Source of the DNA: Macrostomum lignano
Taxonomy: Eukaryota
Reading direction: 5' to 3'
DNA: 64,000 nt
NCBI GenBank assembly: GCA_002269645.1
Contig: NIVC01001201.1
Span: 186,001 to 250,000 of the forward strand
Shown here: one piece after another, positions 23,474 to 36,619 of the stretch
Position numbering within the stretch: the stretch's first letter is position 1
Layout of the letters: each line of letters opens with the position of its first letter
The notes under the pieces: generated by a model
What the model saw: the letters and a program-made list of their open reading frames with translations, nothing else
Database searches by the model: none
Told to the model about the DNA's origin: nothing
Made by a program: the position numbers and the translations under genes

Positions 23474-24224
23474 TATAGCATTTTGCAGCCCATTTGGGCT
23501 TACGCGCATTTAATTTAATCCAAGATACGTTTGCCAATGTAACGGAGCTTTTGTCTATGGTAGCAAGGCTGGCGCAGCGGCATTTCATTTGGTCCAACAA
23601 GCATCCATTTGGTCCAAACACTCGTGAGCCATTGGACAAACTCTTGCCTTCTCTCAACCGTCTGCAGGTTGTTGCGCACCGCTGGAATGTCAGCGTCTCT
23701 ACCAAAAATTTTCAGTTGCTTTTCCAGAGCTCTGCTGATAGTCGAAATCTGATAACCAACTGGAGCTGTTCCCTCAACTTCTGCTGCATTTTCTGAAACG
23801 TCAACAAAGGGTTCGTCTCCACTGCATCGAGTAGCAGTTGGACCTGAGGCTCTCGAGCAACTTTCCTTGGCGATTGCCACCCTTTCGCAGGCAATCTCTG
23901 CCGGCAGAGTTTCAAGGCGCTGCTGGATGTTGTAAACCACCTTTTCTTTTACATTCAGCAACCTTGCAATGTCCTTTGGGTGTTCACCTCCGTCGAGTGC
24001 TTCGATCACAAGCCAATGACATTCGTTCAACAGCCTAGCATATGGTCCACAATTCTGGGACTGAGCTGCAAATGAACTAAATGGACCAAATTGATGCTTG
24101 TTGGACCAAATTAAATGCCGCTGTGCCAGCCTTGCTACCATAGACAAAAGCTCCATTACTTTGACAAACAAATCTTGGATTAAATTCAATGCGCGTAAGC
24201 CCAAATGGGCTGCAAAAAGCTATA
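23474..24224 (-). mobile_element. Internally deleted IS630/Tc1-type element with 143-bp TIRs (non-autonomous)
   Basis: Inverted repeats 23474-23616 and 24082-24224, both ends TATAGC. The interior encodes frameshifted N-terminal transposase pieces (LVIEALDGGEHPKDIARLLNV, LLLDAVETNPLLT, STISRAL, RNNLQTVERRQEFVQWL); no catalytic triad remains. Confidence 0.85.
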
Positions 24225-24488
24225 TTCTACCATGACCTTTGTGCCCGCTGGGCACTTATTCTTGCCTTTTAATGCCATAGACTACATTCCATACTTGGGA
24301 TTTAATCACATACCGACCTCAAACCCATAGAATATCTTATACTTAACTGCTCGCTAATTTGCATTAAAGTAAGTTTGACATAGACAATTTGCTGAGATAT
24401 TTCTTTCCTGCAAGCGGGCTTAAATGTAGTCTATGGCATTAAAAGGCAAAAATAAGTGCCCAGCGGGCACAAAGGTCATGGTACAATG
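24223..24488. mobile_element. MITE, about 266 bp, 66-bp TIRs, TA-flanked (Tc1/mariner-type)
   Basis: TTCTACCATGACCTTTGTGCCCGCTGGGCACTTATT...ACTACATT (24225-24288) is the inverse of 24423-24486; TA at 24221-24222 and 24489-24490. Confidence 0.85.
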
Positions 24489-24639
24489 TACTATTGTCAC
24501 GCAACTGGCGAGAGGCATTGCTACCCATTCCGCCGATTCCCCTGAGCAGGGACACAAGCGCAAGGATGCGTACGCAATCATACAAGCACACACTCACACA
24601 GGAGTGTACAACGGCCCTGGCTTAAAACTTCTTAAAGCT

Positions 24640-25845
24640 TAAACTTAGCTGCTGGGGGTCCCGGGGGGGGCATTCCGCTAACCCCTGGCGACCCCGGGCA
24701 GCTGGTGCTGCGGTGTAGCGCAGGGAGATCCGGTGGTGACGGTGTCAACAGCGCGGTCCCCCTCCAGAGAGTCCAGGAGGTGAATGGTCGCTCGCCCGCG
24801 GTAGCCTTTAAGTAGCGGACGAGCTGGCAGAGATTCTCGGGCCTGAAAAATGTCGGTAAGGTCCGGGTGTTGGCCGAGGTAGGTGAGCATCGAGAACCCC
24901 ATTCACCTCTAGGTCAGTGTTGCAGATGAAGCCGGCGAAGGAGATGGCCGGTCTCACAATGGCAGTGTAAATCCACCAGAGGCGTTGGGGGTGAGGCCCC
25001 AGGTAGCGCCGAAAGCTCTGCGGATCTGCGCGAGAGTCGCAGGAGCTTTGCGGGCTTGGGCGTGTGGGGTCCAGCTCAACGTGGTGGAGGGTGACGCCCA
25101 GACATCTGGTTTGTTTCTCCATGGCAACGGGTTTGCCATAGAGGGAGAGCGGTTCGATCCTCAAATTTCGGCGGCTGGTGAACATGATAGCCACGGTTTT
25201 AGACTCAGAGAACCTGAGACCGCAGCTATGTGCCCTGCTCAACAATAAAATAAAACAAATCCAAATAAACACTCAAGCGCTTGGCACGGTGGATGAAGGC
25301 TTAGAGAAGGTCTCTGAGGACCGCGGGTGATGGTCCAGCCACAGTGGCGGTAACATCATCCGCATAGCCGACCTTCTGAACCGGGTCCGGATACGGGCTG
25401 CAGAGCAGCTTGTCCATGACTAAGTTCCAGAGGATCGGGTTGAGGACCCCACCTTGCAGTCCACCTTTCTGGACCTCCACAGAGCGGGAGTGTCCCAGGA
25501 GTTGCGAGATGGCAGTACGATGAGAGACCATGTACATGATCCAGCGAGTGAGGTGCTCGTGCGTGCCCCAGGATGATCAATGTCGAGGAAAAGTGAGAGC
25601 GCTCTAGCTTGTCGACAATGGCATGCAGCGCACTTTCAATGGAGCGTCCAGGTCGAAAGGAGTGCTGGTTGGGGGAGTGAGGGGAGTTCCTCAGCTCCAC
25701 GAGGAGGAGGCGCCAGAGCACCAGCCGTTCCATCAGATTGAGGGAGAAAGACTTCAGGCTGATGGGGCGGTAAGCTTTGGCAGAGTGATAGTCTCCCTAC
25801 CCTAGTTTGGGTATGAAGACTACCGTGGCCTCTTGCCAGGTTTTT
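24640..25845 (-). mobile_element. 5'-truncated, degenerate non-LTR retrotransposon RT fragment (R1/LOA-like)
   Basis: Frameshifted RT motifs QHSFRPGRSIESALHAIVDKLE, QGGVLNPILWNLVMDKLL, GYADD, LWWIYTAIVRP. Confidence 0.8.
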
Positions 25846-26456
25846 TTACTTTTAGCCTTGTGGAGGTTGCAGAGGAGCCGGGCCCTGAATTTAGTTATCG
25901 TGTACACTTTCTGTGCCTTGTGGGTGGGCCCTCAGAGACGTTAATTGCACTAGCAGAGCCGAGCGGAGATTCCAATTAAGCCTTAAATTAATGTGACTGC
26001 ACTTGGAATCGATGAGTTGCCTAATTATAGCGCGGCACCATCGCATCATCTTAAATGCTTCCTTGGTTGCAAGAGACTGCATGCCGGCCATAGAGGGTGA
26101 TCTCTGGCGCGAAGTGCTGGCGTGTTCGCAGAAGCATTCAGATAGCAAAACTGAGAAATTGAATTCCCAACTGCAGTGAAAGTGCTCATCAGTCAAGGCG
26201 GATGCCCTTCTGCCCAAGATGAGTCAGCATCTGCTCATAGGCAGGCTGAAAAGATTCCTGCCTTGCAGGGGACGGAAGTGCGACGGCGAGGCGGCGCATC
26301 TCACGACAGACGAAGACGGCGACACCAACGGTGGCGGCGTCGAGTCGGCGACGGAATCCTGGACAACCGGAACTCCCGGATCAACGCAGTGCCGGCCGCT
26401 GCCACAGCGCGCGCATCGGCGCCGGCGGAGGCTGCAGCGGAGCGTGGTCGGTGCAG

Positions 26457-29400
26457 ATGCAAGGTGAGCTATGAGCACAGTTGGTGGCACTTTTACTGTG
26501 GTGGGTACGGAGCTTTTCAGACGAGAAAGTATTTTTCCGACTTGTCTTTTAATCGTTTTAGTAGATCTTAGCGACAGGATTACACTTTAAATTTTGTGAA
26601 CAGTGAAATCTCATGCTTGAGAAGTATTAAAATAACTCTTTCAACAAATAAGAAAAACATAGCTTTGCTGGAGTTGCGTTTCCTAGAACTCCAAAAAGAA
26701 TCTATTCATCAAGCATTGAAAAGACTTTGTAGAAACTTGGGTTGGTTCGGCTGCCCAGACCAAGTACTGTGAATGCGCCAGTACGAACTGGCGTAGTGAC
26801 GCTCTGGCAAAATATACACCACCCCTGACCTATTAAGCTTCCCAGAAAACCTAACTCAAAAAAGCAGACTGATTACCATGCAGAAGCCGAATATCAGCAT
26901 CGCTGGATATTTGACCTTGCAGTCAATCGTACTCGACGTACTCAATCGGCTATTCTGATTGATCTTGCCCGTCACGAACGTAGCTGACTAAATAATGGAT
27001 TAATATATTTATTTATGCATACGTGCTCAGCGTAGAGAGTACTAAGCAGCTCTAAGTGAGCAGCCAATCGATTATATATTGATTTTAGAGACAAACACAT
27101 ACGAGTAAGTGCAGGCACTACAAATTAGACAACTGTATACAGGGCTGTACTTAAAGAAGTCAGTCGTGCCCACTGCTTGCCTTCCCACTGGATTTGGGTC
27201 TACTGTTACCTCAATATAGTGCAGGGCCCAAAAGCCCCTATCCTTGCGAACAAACCAGCTAAGCAACTGGGACTCATGTCATGACGCACGCAACTCATTT
27301 CCCAAAATCCCTGGAGAATCGTTTCATTACACAGTGTTTCTGCCAGAAAGGCCTGTGCTGGTTAATTGACGTGATGGAACGCGTATCAACCGTTTTGAGC
27401 CAGTGCACATCTGCATTAATAGCGACTCGCCACGCAGCGGCCAAACAGCTGCTGACGTCTCCCCGCAGGATTGCGCGGCCAATCACGCTCCGCACACATC
27501 GACGGAATCGGCGCGAACCCTGGACGATGAGGTCACGATGGGAACCTGCGGTCAAGTCAGTGTCGCCTCGGAGAATCGCATTGTTTTGACGCCCAAATCT
27601 ATCGTGCAATTGTCGGAGTCTCAGCTGCGCTCACCATCCGCTCTTAGCAATGCTGCCGTAGCCGCTGGCGCTGTCACCAGTTCTACGACTACATGCAATG
27701 AACTTGACGCTGATCGAACAGGCATTCTTGATAAAGCATCGGCTGGCGACGCTGCTGCTGGCTGTCCCAGCAGTTCGGCTGTTGAACGAAGCACCGCTAG
27801 TCGAGCCTCGATGCGAACAGCTGTTGGCGCCGCGACCGCGGCCTCTTCTGCCGATCGACAGCTGGAACTCAGGTCAGTTGGAAACAATGTCGGCGCTGCC
27901 AAGGATGAGCAGGACGAGGCCAGTAAAAATATTTTAGCAGACTGCCAAGCCGAAATCTGCCAGCTTCAAAGTTATAGTAGCAAGGGTGAGTACCTGTTGA
28001 ATACTTTTGCGAGTGGATTAGTTGAACCTGGACAGCTGAAGCAAAACAAATTTTGCTGGGGGCCGGTTTTCGCTGAAAAGTGCACTAGCGAGATTGGAAA
28101 CTTTTAGTTTATCACGTTCAAAATAATTACAAATAATTACAAACAGAGCAATTGTGTGTCAAATTTTGTGAAGTGAACTTAAATTTTTTTAAAGAAAATG
28201 TTTAAAAAAGTATTTTTGTAGACTGGCATCGACCAAGATACGTTAATATTTTCTTAACGGTTTTTTGCAAAGATTTGTGCATTTGCATAGAGCTGAGTGG
28301 GGTTTTACAGCCATTCGACGTCAATTACACCGACTTTCAGCCGATGTATGACGTCTTTATCCGTCATTGTCGGCGACACCAACTGGTTGAATTTTGGTTG
28401 AAATTGGTTGAACTTTGCTTGCTTGTTGGTCTCTTTTAGAGTTTCAAAAAAGGTCCCAAACGAAATTTGTACGATTTGCGAGTGAGTGTGTCGTATTTCA
28501 GTTGTCCATGATCTTAAAACATTACCGCTGCTGTTTCAGCGATAGACGCGCCATTTAACGATTGCGATCACTCGGCATCCGAAGATTTGGTGGTTTCCGA
28601 ATATCTGGTGCAGGAGCGTCTCAACTTGCAGTCGGACCAGGTCAACCAGGTTGTTAACAATGCCCTGCTCAACTTGCAGCACCAGCTCAAAGCTGAGCTG
28701 TGCGAAGTCAGTTGTCGGGAAACCGGATCACCGTCAAATTGTAAGAAGCAGCATGGGGAAGCACTTTGTGTTTGTAGACAAACAGTTCATCAAATCCAAG
28801 ACACTTTATTTCGATCAATAATTCTAGATTCTAGCGAGGCAATTCATCTGTCAACAAATTTGTCTAACGTGGCCACTCTGGTAAGCTGAAAATAGTTTTG
28901 CTTTTCCCATCGACACGAACTACAAAGGACACTCGGGTTGGAAGCGTCCACGACAAAACCTTTGGGCCGTAATCAGGTAGTCTCGCAGTGCAGTCTGATG
29001 GTCATCACGGAACAAAAGGCCACCAAAGCAAGTCCAATCAGCCGAGGTCCAATACCTATTCTTGAAATCGATTCAGTAGATTCTTTTTTCCTACCCTATG
29101 ACAGCCGCCGTGACAATGTCACCATACTCTTTTACTCTTGTACTGCTTCAGGGTCACAATTCAAAACAACTTTTTGGTTTTCTGACTAACAACTTGTCTT
29201 ATAGAAAGCACTGCACTTGCAGTCTGCAGCTCGTACTCTATGCTCCCTTCCTAATACCATTTGTCAGCTGAATACTAGCAACTTGGCAGCTAGCAACCAG
29301 AACGCCTGCGAACAGCGTCTGCCGCCACCGCTGATAATGAACTTTGCGGCAGTGGCGGCGTCTTCAGCGGCTTCGACCGAGTACTCTGGACTGCCCGAGC

Positions 29401-30730
29401 CGAAAACCAACGCCAGCGTTACTGCCAGCGCCGCCAGCGAGTCAACCGTGGCCAAAGGCGGTGAGTTACAGACTTCTCCGGCCGGCGCCGTCGAATGTAG
29501 CGTCAACGAGCATCCCACCTCTTCTGGCGACGCGAGGAACAGAAAAAGCAACAGGTAGTTGATAGATGAGTTATCGCTTTAATTCTTAGATACGAGTATA
29601 TGTACATAGTGGGAGTTTCTAGCCGAATCAGTACGATTATGACCAGTTTGTCCTGCCAAACAAAAGCAGTCTCTCCTCCCATCTCACCTGTTTGTAAATG
29701 AAATGATATTGTAGATTAACAAATGACTTGATAGTTTGATACCTTAGAAACAAGAAGCAAGCAAGAAGCTGGTTTTGGAGTTAACATATGAAACAAATAA
29801 TAAATAGCTCGTACTTTTCCTGTCGAAGGGACTATCTTCTTAGCTTGTTGAATTTCTTAACATTATTCACTTGATTTCAATGCGAGGGTTTAATTTTTCA
29901 TCCACTGGCCCGCAGAAAGTCAACCGTTAGCCCGGAAAACAAATGCCCGATCAGCTGCGTCCTAACGTCGGCCGATTCTAGGATCTTTGTCGGCGACTCT
30001 GACGAGCCCCCGGTGGAAGCTCCCGACGCGCGCTTGATGAGCTCGGAGATTCAAAGCCGAATTAGCGGCTTGCCATCATCGTCTGAGTTGGGCAGACTGG
30101 GCACTCTGTCCAGCAGTCGGTGCACCAACATTTGCCAGGCCTTGCAGAGCAACGTCTTGATGGACAGGTAAACCAAACTGAGCATAGTTGGCTTGAGTAC
30201 CAGGTAATCATACATTCCTCATCTGTTCTGTCCTGTCCTGATCCATCATCTGGAAAATCTCTATGTTTTCTTTTTCTTGAAAGGAGCAATGTCACGTACT
30301 TAAAAGTAGATTTTCCAGTGTTTTTAAACTCTCAACTGAGCCTTCGGTGGGCACCTATCTTTATGAGTAAGTAAGTGCTACCTGCATGATATACTGCTCA
30401 TTGTTCCAATTTGCTCCCCCCCCCAGATACTTGTCAAAGCGTGACGTCAGCGAGGCCACCCGAATCTGGCACAGGCAGCGCTGCGCCTACATCACGGCTG
30501 ATTTAGTGCAGAAGGTGCTGCAGAATTCAGTCGACGCTAGCGAAGTGCCCGCAGCTAGCAGTGCCGCTGCAGTTAAGGCGTTCAACAGCAGCGCCAACAA
30601 CTCGGTGGAGCTTGGCGTCGCCCCGAGCTCGAGGCCGCCAGTTCTGGCAGTTGCACAGTCGGCAGGCGCGGTTAGACGACCGATGGCTCACAGAGCACCC
30701 GGTCTGTCGTCCATTGCTAAGAAAATTTGA
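26457..30730 (+). CDS. Uncharacterised multi-exon protein; exons ?26457-26463, 27404-27985, 28540-28880, 29205-29554, 29916-30167, 30284-30370, 30427-30730
   Basis: All junctions from 27985 onward are GT-AG with matching phases (1, 0, 2, 2, 2) and give one open frame; branch-point-like CTGACTAAC at 29182-29190. The first exon and start codon are uncertain. No domain recognised. Confidence 0.65.
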
Positions 30731-31649
30731 ACCCTGCTACTTGAAGAAGACCAGTTTTTATGGGACAATCATTAATCTGTCGCAGAGACAACGATATCAA
30801 TATGGTCACTGTTTATAGAGTTCCAGAGTCAGTCGGAGCTAAGGATATAAAGAGGGCAAGACAAAGAAGAATTGTAGTTAGAGAAACTCGCCATAACTGA
30901 GTTGCTATGCTAATTTTGAGCTGCTCGCTGCCTGTCTGTAAACGCAGGCTCGATTTGGATTGGAAGGCGAGAGTCACTGATCTGAAGTAACCACTCAAAG
31001 ATCTTTGCTCCACCGCACTCAACTATAAAGTTTGCAGTTGCATTCCTTAAAGATAAATAATAATCCTGAGCTTAAACTGAAAAATGAAGTGACTATATTG
31101 AAGCTCTAGCTAATTGCGTCGAACTGTCTTTTGCGAATTGCTTGTCTTGATGGAAAGTATCCATTTTTTGGTGCTGTGAAGTTTTCAGTTTTTACTATTT
31201 CTGCAGCAATAACTTACAAAAGTACTGGAATTTAACCAACTCTTCCTCCACCGGCAGAATTTATACAGAATAAATATTTTTCCTAAACGACTTTTTATTT
31301 CTTTCGCCGTCACCGCCACAATTACCACGCGGGCTTGAATTTGCGTAAATTTTAAAATCGCAACTTTGCAGTTTTGTATATGCAAAAGACTAATCGATTA
31401 GGCTCTATGAAGTGCAATTACATGTAAATATACAGTACGTGTATTTTGTGTTTGACCACAATAGTAACCCTAGCATGCAAATGTCGCTCTCGTACTTATC
31501 GAAAGTTCGGATATCAAATGCCTCGCTCGATAGCTACTATCACATACACGTACATGTACATGCCCTGGCCCTGTCACATCTTAATTGCCTTCAATGCATG
31601 CATGTAAATAAATTCTGTGAGCAGGAATTTAGTCATTGTCCGTGACTAT

Positions 31650-34600
31650 AACAACAACAACAACAACAAAACTACAACAGCCCTTTTGGACAAGCCAAAT
31701 TAGCTTTGTTGCTGTCAAAAAGCGCGCGCAAGCGCAGAGTTGTGGGCAGAACAGCGAGTCCGCGAGGGTCAGGAATCTCTGCGTATCTTAGAAGCAGGTC
31801 GACGAAACGCAGACTTCTCGCCTGACCAAGCCGCCGCGGCCCTTGAAGGGATAGCAGCAGCACGTCTTGAAGCGGCTCAGGGCAGTACTGCTCTGCCCGG
31901 ATGACGTGGCCGGCCAGCTGTAGGCGTCGGATGCGCAACAGCTGGCTGGGTCAGGAGAGCTGGGCCCGTCGGTATAACTCGTCATTGCTGGTCGTGGTGG
32001 TGGCTGTCGGCGAGTAGTGGACACCAAAGGCGGCTCTCAGGAGTCTAGCGTGAGCGGCCTCGAGTTGCCGCTCCTGCGTGCCGTTCAGTGTCCACGTTTC
32101 AGCGTTGTAAAGGAGGACGGTTTCAATGACGGCCTGGAACAGCCGCCCTCTCAGCCGATCTGGCAGCGCAGGGCTCTGCAGGACAGTCCGCACGGTGCAA
32201 ATTGCGCCCCAGGCAAGCGCCCTGCGCCGTGCCATGTCCTCCGTGATGCTTGGCACCAGACCGCCGAGGTAGACGAACTCTTTGCAGCGGGGCAGCAACG
32301 CCACCTGCCCGTTCTTGCAGCGGCAGTAGATCTCAGCTGGGAGGTCCGTCGGCACGGTCAGCACCATCGTCTTTTTGGTATTCACGGACAGTCCGATCGC
32401 AGCGGCCGCCGCCGTCAGCTGGTCTAGCAGGCGTTGAGCTCCTTCAGCTGTGCTAGACAGCAGCGTTAGATCGTCCGCGTACGCTAGGACGGAGAGTCGC
32501 TTCTCGGGGTGCCGCCTGCTTGTTCTGCGGCTGAGCAAGAATCCTTTGGAGTCGTCAGGGAGGCCAGTGCGCAGTACCCAGTCCAGGACCAGGACGAACA
32601 GAAAAGGAGCCAAGGTGTCCCCTTGGAGAACGCCAGAAGACGTGTCAAAGAAGTCGGAAAGGCCATCCGGTGTCACAACTGCCCCCCTAGTTTCCTGGTA
32701 CAGAGCTAACACAGCCGTCACCAGCTGCTCGGGTACGTGATACGCGCGCAGGATGTTCGCGATGACCCGCCTCGACACCGAGTCAAAGGCCTTCAGGAAG
32801 TCTACGAAGATGCAAATGATGGTTGACTGGTGGATACGGGCCTCTTCTAGAATTCGACGCAGAGCGAGAATTTGGGTCACGGTGCCTCTGCCTGGCCGGA
32901 ATCCATTTCACTGGCTGCAGCCGTGACAGCAGAACTCTGTAAATAGCTTAGATGTGCAGGACATTAGCGAAATCCCGCGATGTTCTTCGACCTTGACGGA
33001 ACCTGGTTTCTTTGGGATCCCGACGATATGCGCAGTCCGCCACTCAGCAGAGGCGGGGCCCCCAGCTAGCACGTAGTTCATCACTCGTGTGACTTCCAGC
33101 GTGACTTGCGGGAGGCGCAGCACCTCGACAGGCACGTCGTCTGGTCCAGTAGCCTTGTTGCCTGGCGTCTTCTTTGCAAGTTGGAGCACCTCGTCGATGG
33201 TGATGGGGCTGATGTTAAAAAGGACCTCTCTTCTTGCAGTGCAACCTCCGCCGTGGGCAATGACATGTCCCTTTGCGGCATCGGAGGTGCGTCGACGATG
33301 CCAGACAAGAAAGTCCGCAGTTCGTTTCGCCTCTTTTCGGGGTGTCACTCGCCAGTTTCAGAACGTTGGGTTTCTTGCGGCTTGTCAGCTGATTGACGAC
33401 CGACCAGACGGCATGCGGTTTCTTGTCGGGACCGGCGTCTGTGATCTCCTGAATAACAACGGTTTCTACCGCAGTGCGTAAAAATGTCTCCGCTAGAGTC
33501 TCCTCTCCTTTCTCCGCAGGCTGTCCGCTCCTCCACAGTCTCTCCACTGTCATCCGGGCCTGCCGCAGCACTTCGTCGTTCTGCCACACTGGCCGACTCT
33601 TTGCTGCTGGCTTCACCAGCGGTAACGTTTTGGTAGCGGCGGCTTGGATGGCAGCGCTGATGTCCGGGTACTCGGCTGGGGTTTTTGTGCCCGGCCGTCC
33701 TTCCAGCGCCTCGGCCAATGCCAGACAGAAGCGAACACTTGTAAACCGGGTCGCGTAGGGCACGGAAGTAGCGCTTAGGCTGTTTTTGGTGGTCTATGGA
33801 TCCCTATAGCGCAGGTCGCAGTAGAGCAGCCTGTGGTCTAATCGCACTTCCAGCGGAGCCACCGTTTCGCTGTTGGTCACTCGTCGTCGCTCTCGTCGGC
33901 GAAGCAGCACGTGGTCGAGCTGTGCAAGTCTTTTCCTATCAAATTTTTCACACACGTGACCGTTTGCCAATCGGCTATTGGCCGTTTGCAAACGTTGCCA
34001 ATCTGTGAAGCGGCTTCCTGAACATCGTGTTTACTGAGACCAGGTTGTGGCGGTCCCATGAAATCCACTTAGAGCGTTATATATATAATAGTATTGTTGT
34101 TTTCGCGTGCGGTTACATAGCGGGTGCGCTCGGATTTTCGCATGGCAGCGTTGAGGTCTCCGGGGGTACCAGTACAGTGTCACGTTGAGTGGTCTTCTCC
34201 AGCTGCGCTGACAGGAACTCCAGGACTGCCGGCGGTGCTCTACCGCTAGATGCGCAGTCTTGGGGCGCATACAAGTATAGGCACGGAAGAGCCGCATACG
34301 CGTGTGGAATCGAATGTCGACGCGCAAAAGCCGCGGTGACAGGCTCTTACAGCGCGCACTTTTCTGAAGCCTTGGCCCCGTTAGAAGGCCAATTCGTCCC
34401 CGGTCTTTCGAGTCTGCTACATGTTAGCTGATGTGTAGGAGCCAACCGCTGCCTAAGTGCTCCTGGTGAAGCCCAGGCTCGACCGTTAAGGAGAACTCTT
34501 GCAGCATAATTATATCAAGTTGTAGATTGCCTGCAAGCTGGGCCAAAAGATAGATGTTGTCTCCACTTTGCTCGCAGCGTTTGGCAGTTCCAAATGCAAT

Positions 34601-34775
34601 TCTGAGTCGTTGCTGTGCGCATTTTGGTTCCGCTGGGTTTCGGTGATTTGAACTTCATTGTCCCCGGCGCCACCCAGCGGATCCGCACCACCAGTTGGGA
34701 GGGGCCTGCCGCTTGCGGCTCGTCGCTCGCCTTTTAATTTAGACTGCAACTTTTAATAGACTGCAAATTCTTTTT
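31650..34775 (-). mobile_element. Near full-length RTE-clade LINE (APE endonuclease plus RT), frameshifted
   Basis: APE motifs LDIIMLQE, GRIGLL, GDLNA, QLDHVL, DHRLL. RT motifs FVDFLKAFDSV, GVLQGDTLAPFLF, YADD, YLG, LYNAETW, RRLQLAGHV. 3' (TTG)n tail at 31650-31680. Candidate TSD GTGACTAT at 31642-31649 and 34776-34783. Confidence 0.92.
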
Positions 34776-36619
34776 GTGACTATGCAACAACAGCGAAATT
34801 GGGGGCATGTCCGTTGCCTCTCTGCTGATCATCCGTTCAGAAGCAAGTAAGGGTCGATTCGGCTCCTACTTAGAACAATGTCTAGCAAAGTTACGATCTG
34901 CAAATCTTTTTTGCAATTTTTTTCTGGCACTCGTTAATAACGACAAAAATTTATAGCAGACTTTAGGTGAAAATGCACGAATAATTGCAAGATCTCCGTT
35001 TCACACGCTTTGCCTTTTTAACTATATAAGAAACGAACTCGACGCGTTTAACTGTTCTTTAAGGCCTCTCTCTATAAGCAACTGTCTGTTGTCAATATCT
35101 ATTATAATATTAAAAAAACAAATATCTGTACCCTGTAGAGTATATATCTTAAAATCATAGAAACTATTTGTGACCTATGTGTTGTATTTATATTTGCATT
35201 ATATTTGATAATTGTATACCAATGGCAAATAGTCATCTGAATTTTTATATGGCAAAAAATTATATTTCATTTTTTAATTAAAAATTTTGAGCCTATAAAA
35301 AACAAAGCTTTAAAATTTAAAATATTAGCTATGATCCATAGTCTAGAAGGTGGCCTTTATGCTGGAATTTTTTAGCATATTTTTGTTTTTGCTAACAATC
35401 TTGGCATATACTTAGCATATAGAATTTTTAGGTTCAACATGAAGTATACACAGTCAGTATTACAGTATACAAAAAATAGCTAAGTTCAAAGCTAATAATA
35501 TAATCATGTAGTTACTTAAATATCAACCAATGTCAAAAACTCTAAAAAAATAAAAAAATAAGAAAGAAAATATTATACAATCAAAAAAAAAATCAAAATT
35601 AAAACAAGGAATATCAGTTTTTAGTGTTGTAGGGCTACTTTTTTAATTCCTATTATTAAATATCCCACTGTTAAGCCACCAAGTTGTAACAAGGCTTTTA
35701 TCTCCTACTTTATCAATTTTAATCCTATTAAATGCCACTAAGTTGTATAGGTGTTGTTCCTGTCTGTTTAACTAAAGTTATCCTGATTGCACTTCTATTT
35801 TTATTCCCTAACTGTTTCTTAGAATTTCATTTGAATATACTATACTGGTAGCGTCTTATATATTAGTCTGTTAGTGTTTTATGTGTTAGGCCCTAGTCTA
35901 GTAGCATTTTATGTATTAGTCTGGTAGCATTTTATATATTAGTCTGGTAGTGTTTTATGTATGGCCTAAGTGGTCTAGTACTGGTACATGAACTTATCAA
36001 ATTGTCCTAATTGGGCATTTGCCAAGATTAGAGGGCCACGGTACAACTCTCTGAATCCTCTTTGTATATTTTCCTAATCCCTTCTTTTAGTAAGTTTCTG
36101 AGCACTGTTACTCCCTCTTTCCTTAAAATAACTAACTCAATAAGATTTCAAAGTTTATCTGAGAATATAGAATGAGCCAATATTATAGCGCACAAATATT
36201 TCGAGAGCAAGAAAAAGGTTAATTTTATTTAGGCAAAATTCACTCATACATATACTGTCTTAGACGGCTATGTTTATAACAAAAATATTTATCAATAATA
36301 TTTTGCGCAATAAAACAAATGCTAAAATTTGTTTCTAGTTTGCATACGAGTTTAACATGGTTATTAATTGGCTATTTTACATGTATGAATTGTAATAAGC
36401 ATTTTATCAGGCACAAAGAATAGTAAAAGTAAGTTAATAGAAGCATACATTAGCACAACTTTCCTCTAAAAGAAATTTTTTAATGCAAAAAGAATATTAT
36501 AAATTTTAAATGCAAAAATTTTAACTAAAAGTGCTAAAATTAAAAGTGCAACATTAATAAAGAGTGCAGCATAAGAAAGAAATTGTTTATAGCGCAAATT
36601 GTTAGAATCACTCAGTCCT

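Noticed and set aside
23515-24204. Bacterial IS630 or horizontal transfer
   Set aside because: Long TIRs, TA flanks and decay among eukaryotic TEs fit a resident eukaryotic ITm element; nothing else here is prokaryote-like.
34620-34730. Hairpin GG(A/T)TCCGCTGGG...CCCAGCGGA(A/T)CC near the RTE 5' end as a possible HDV-like ribozyme
   Set aside because: I could not assemble P1/P2/P3 and the J4/2 catalytic C by eye; an Infernal or RNArobo search would be needed.
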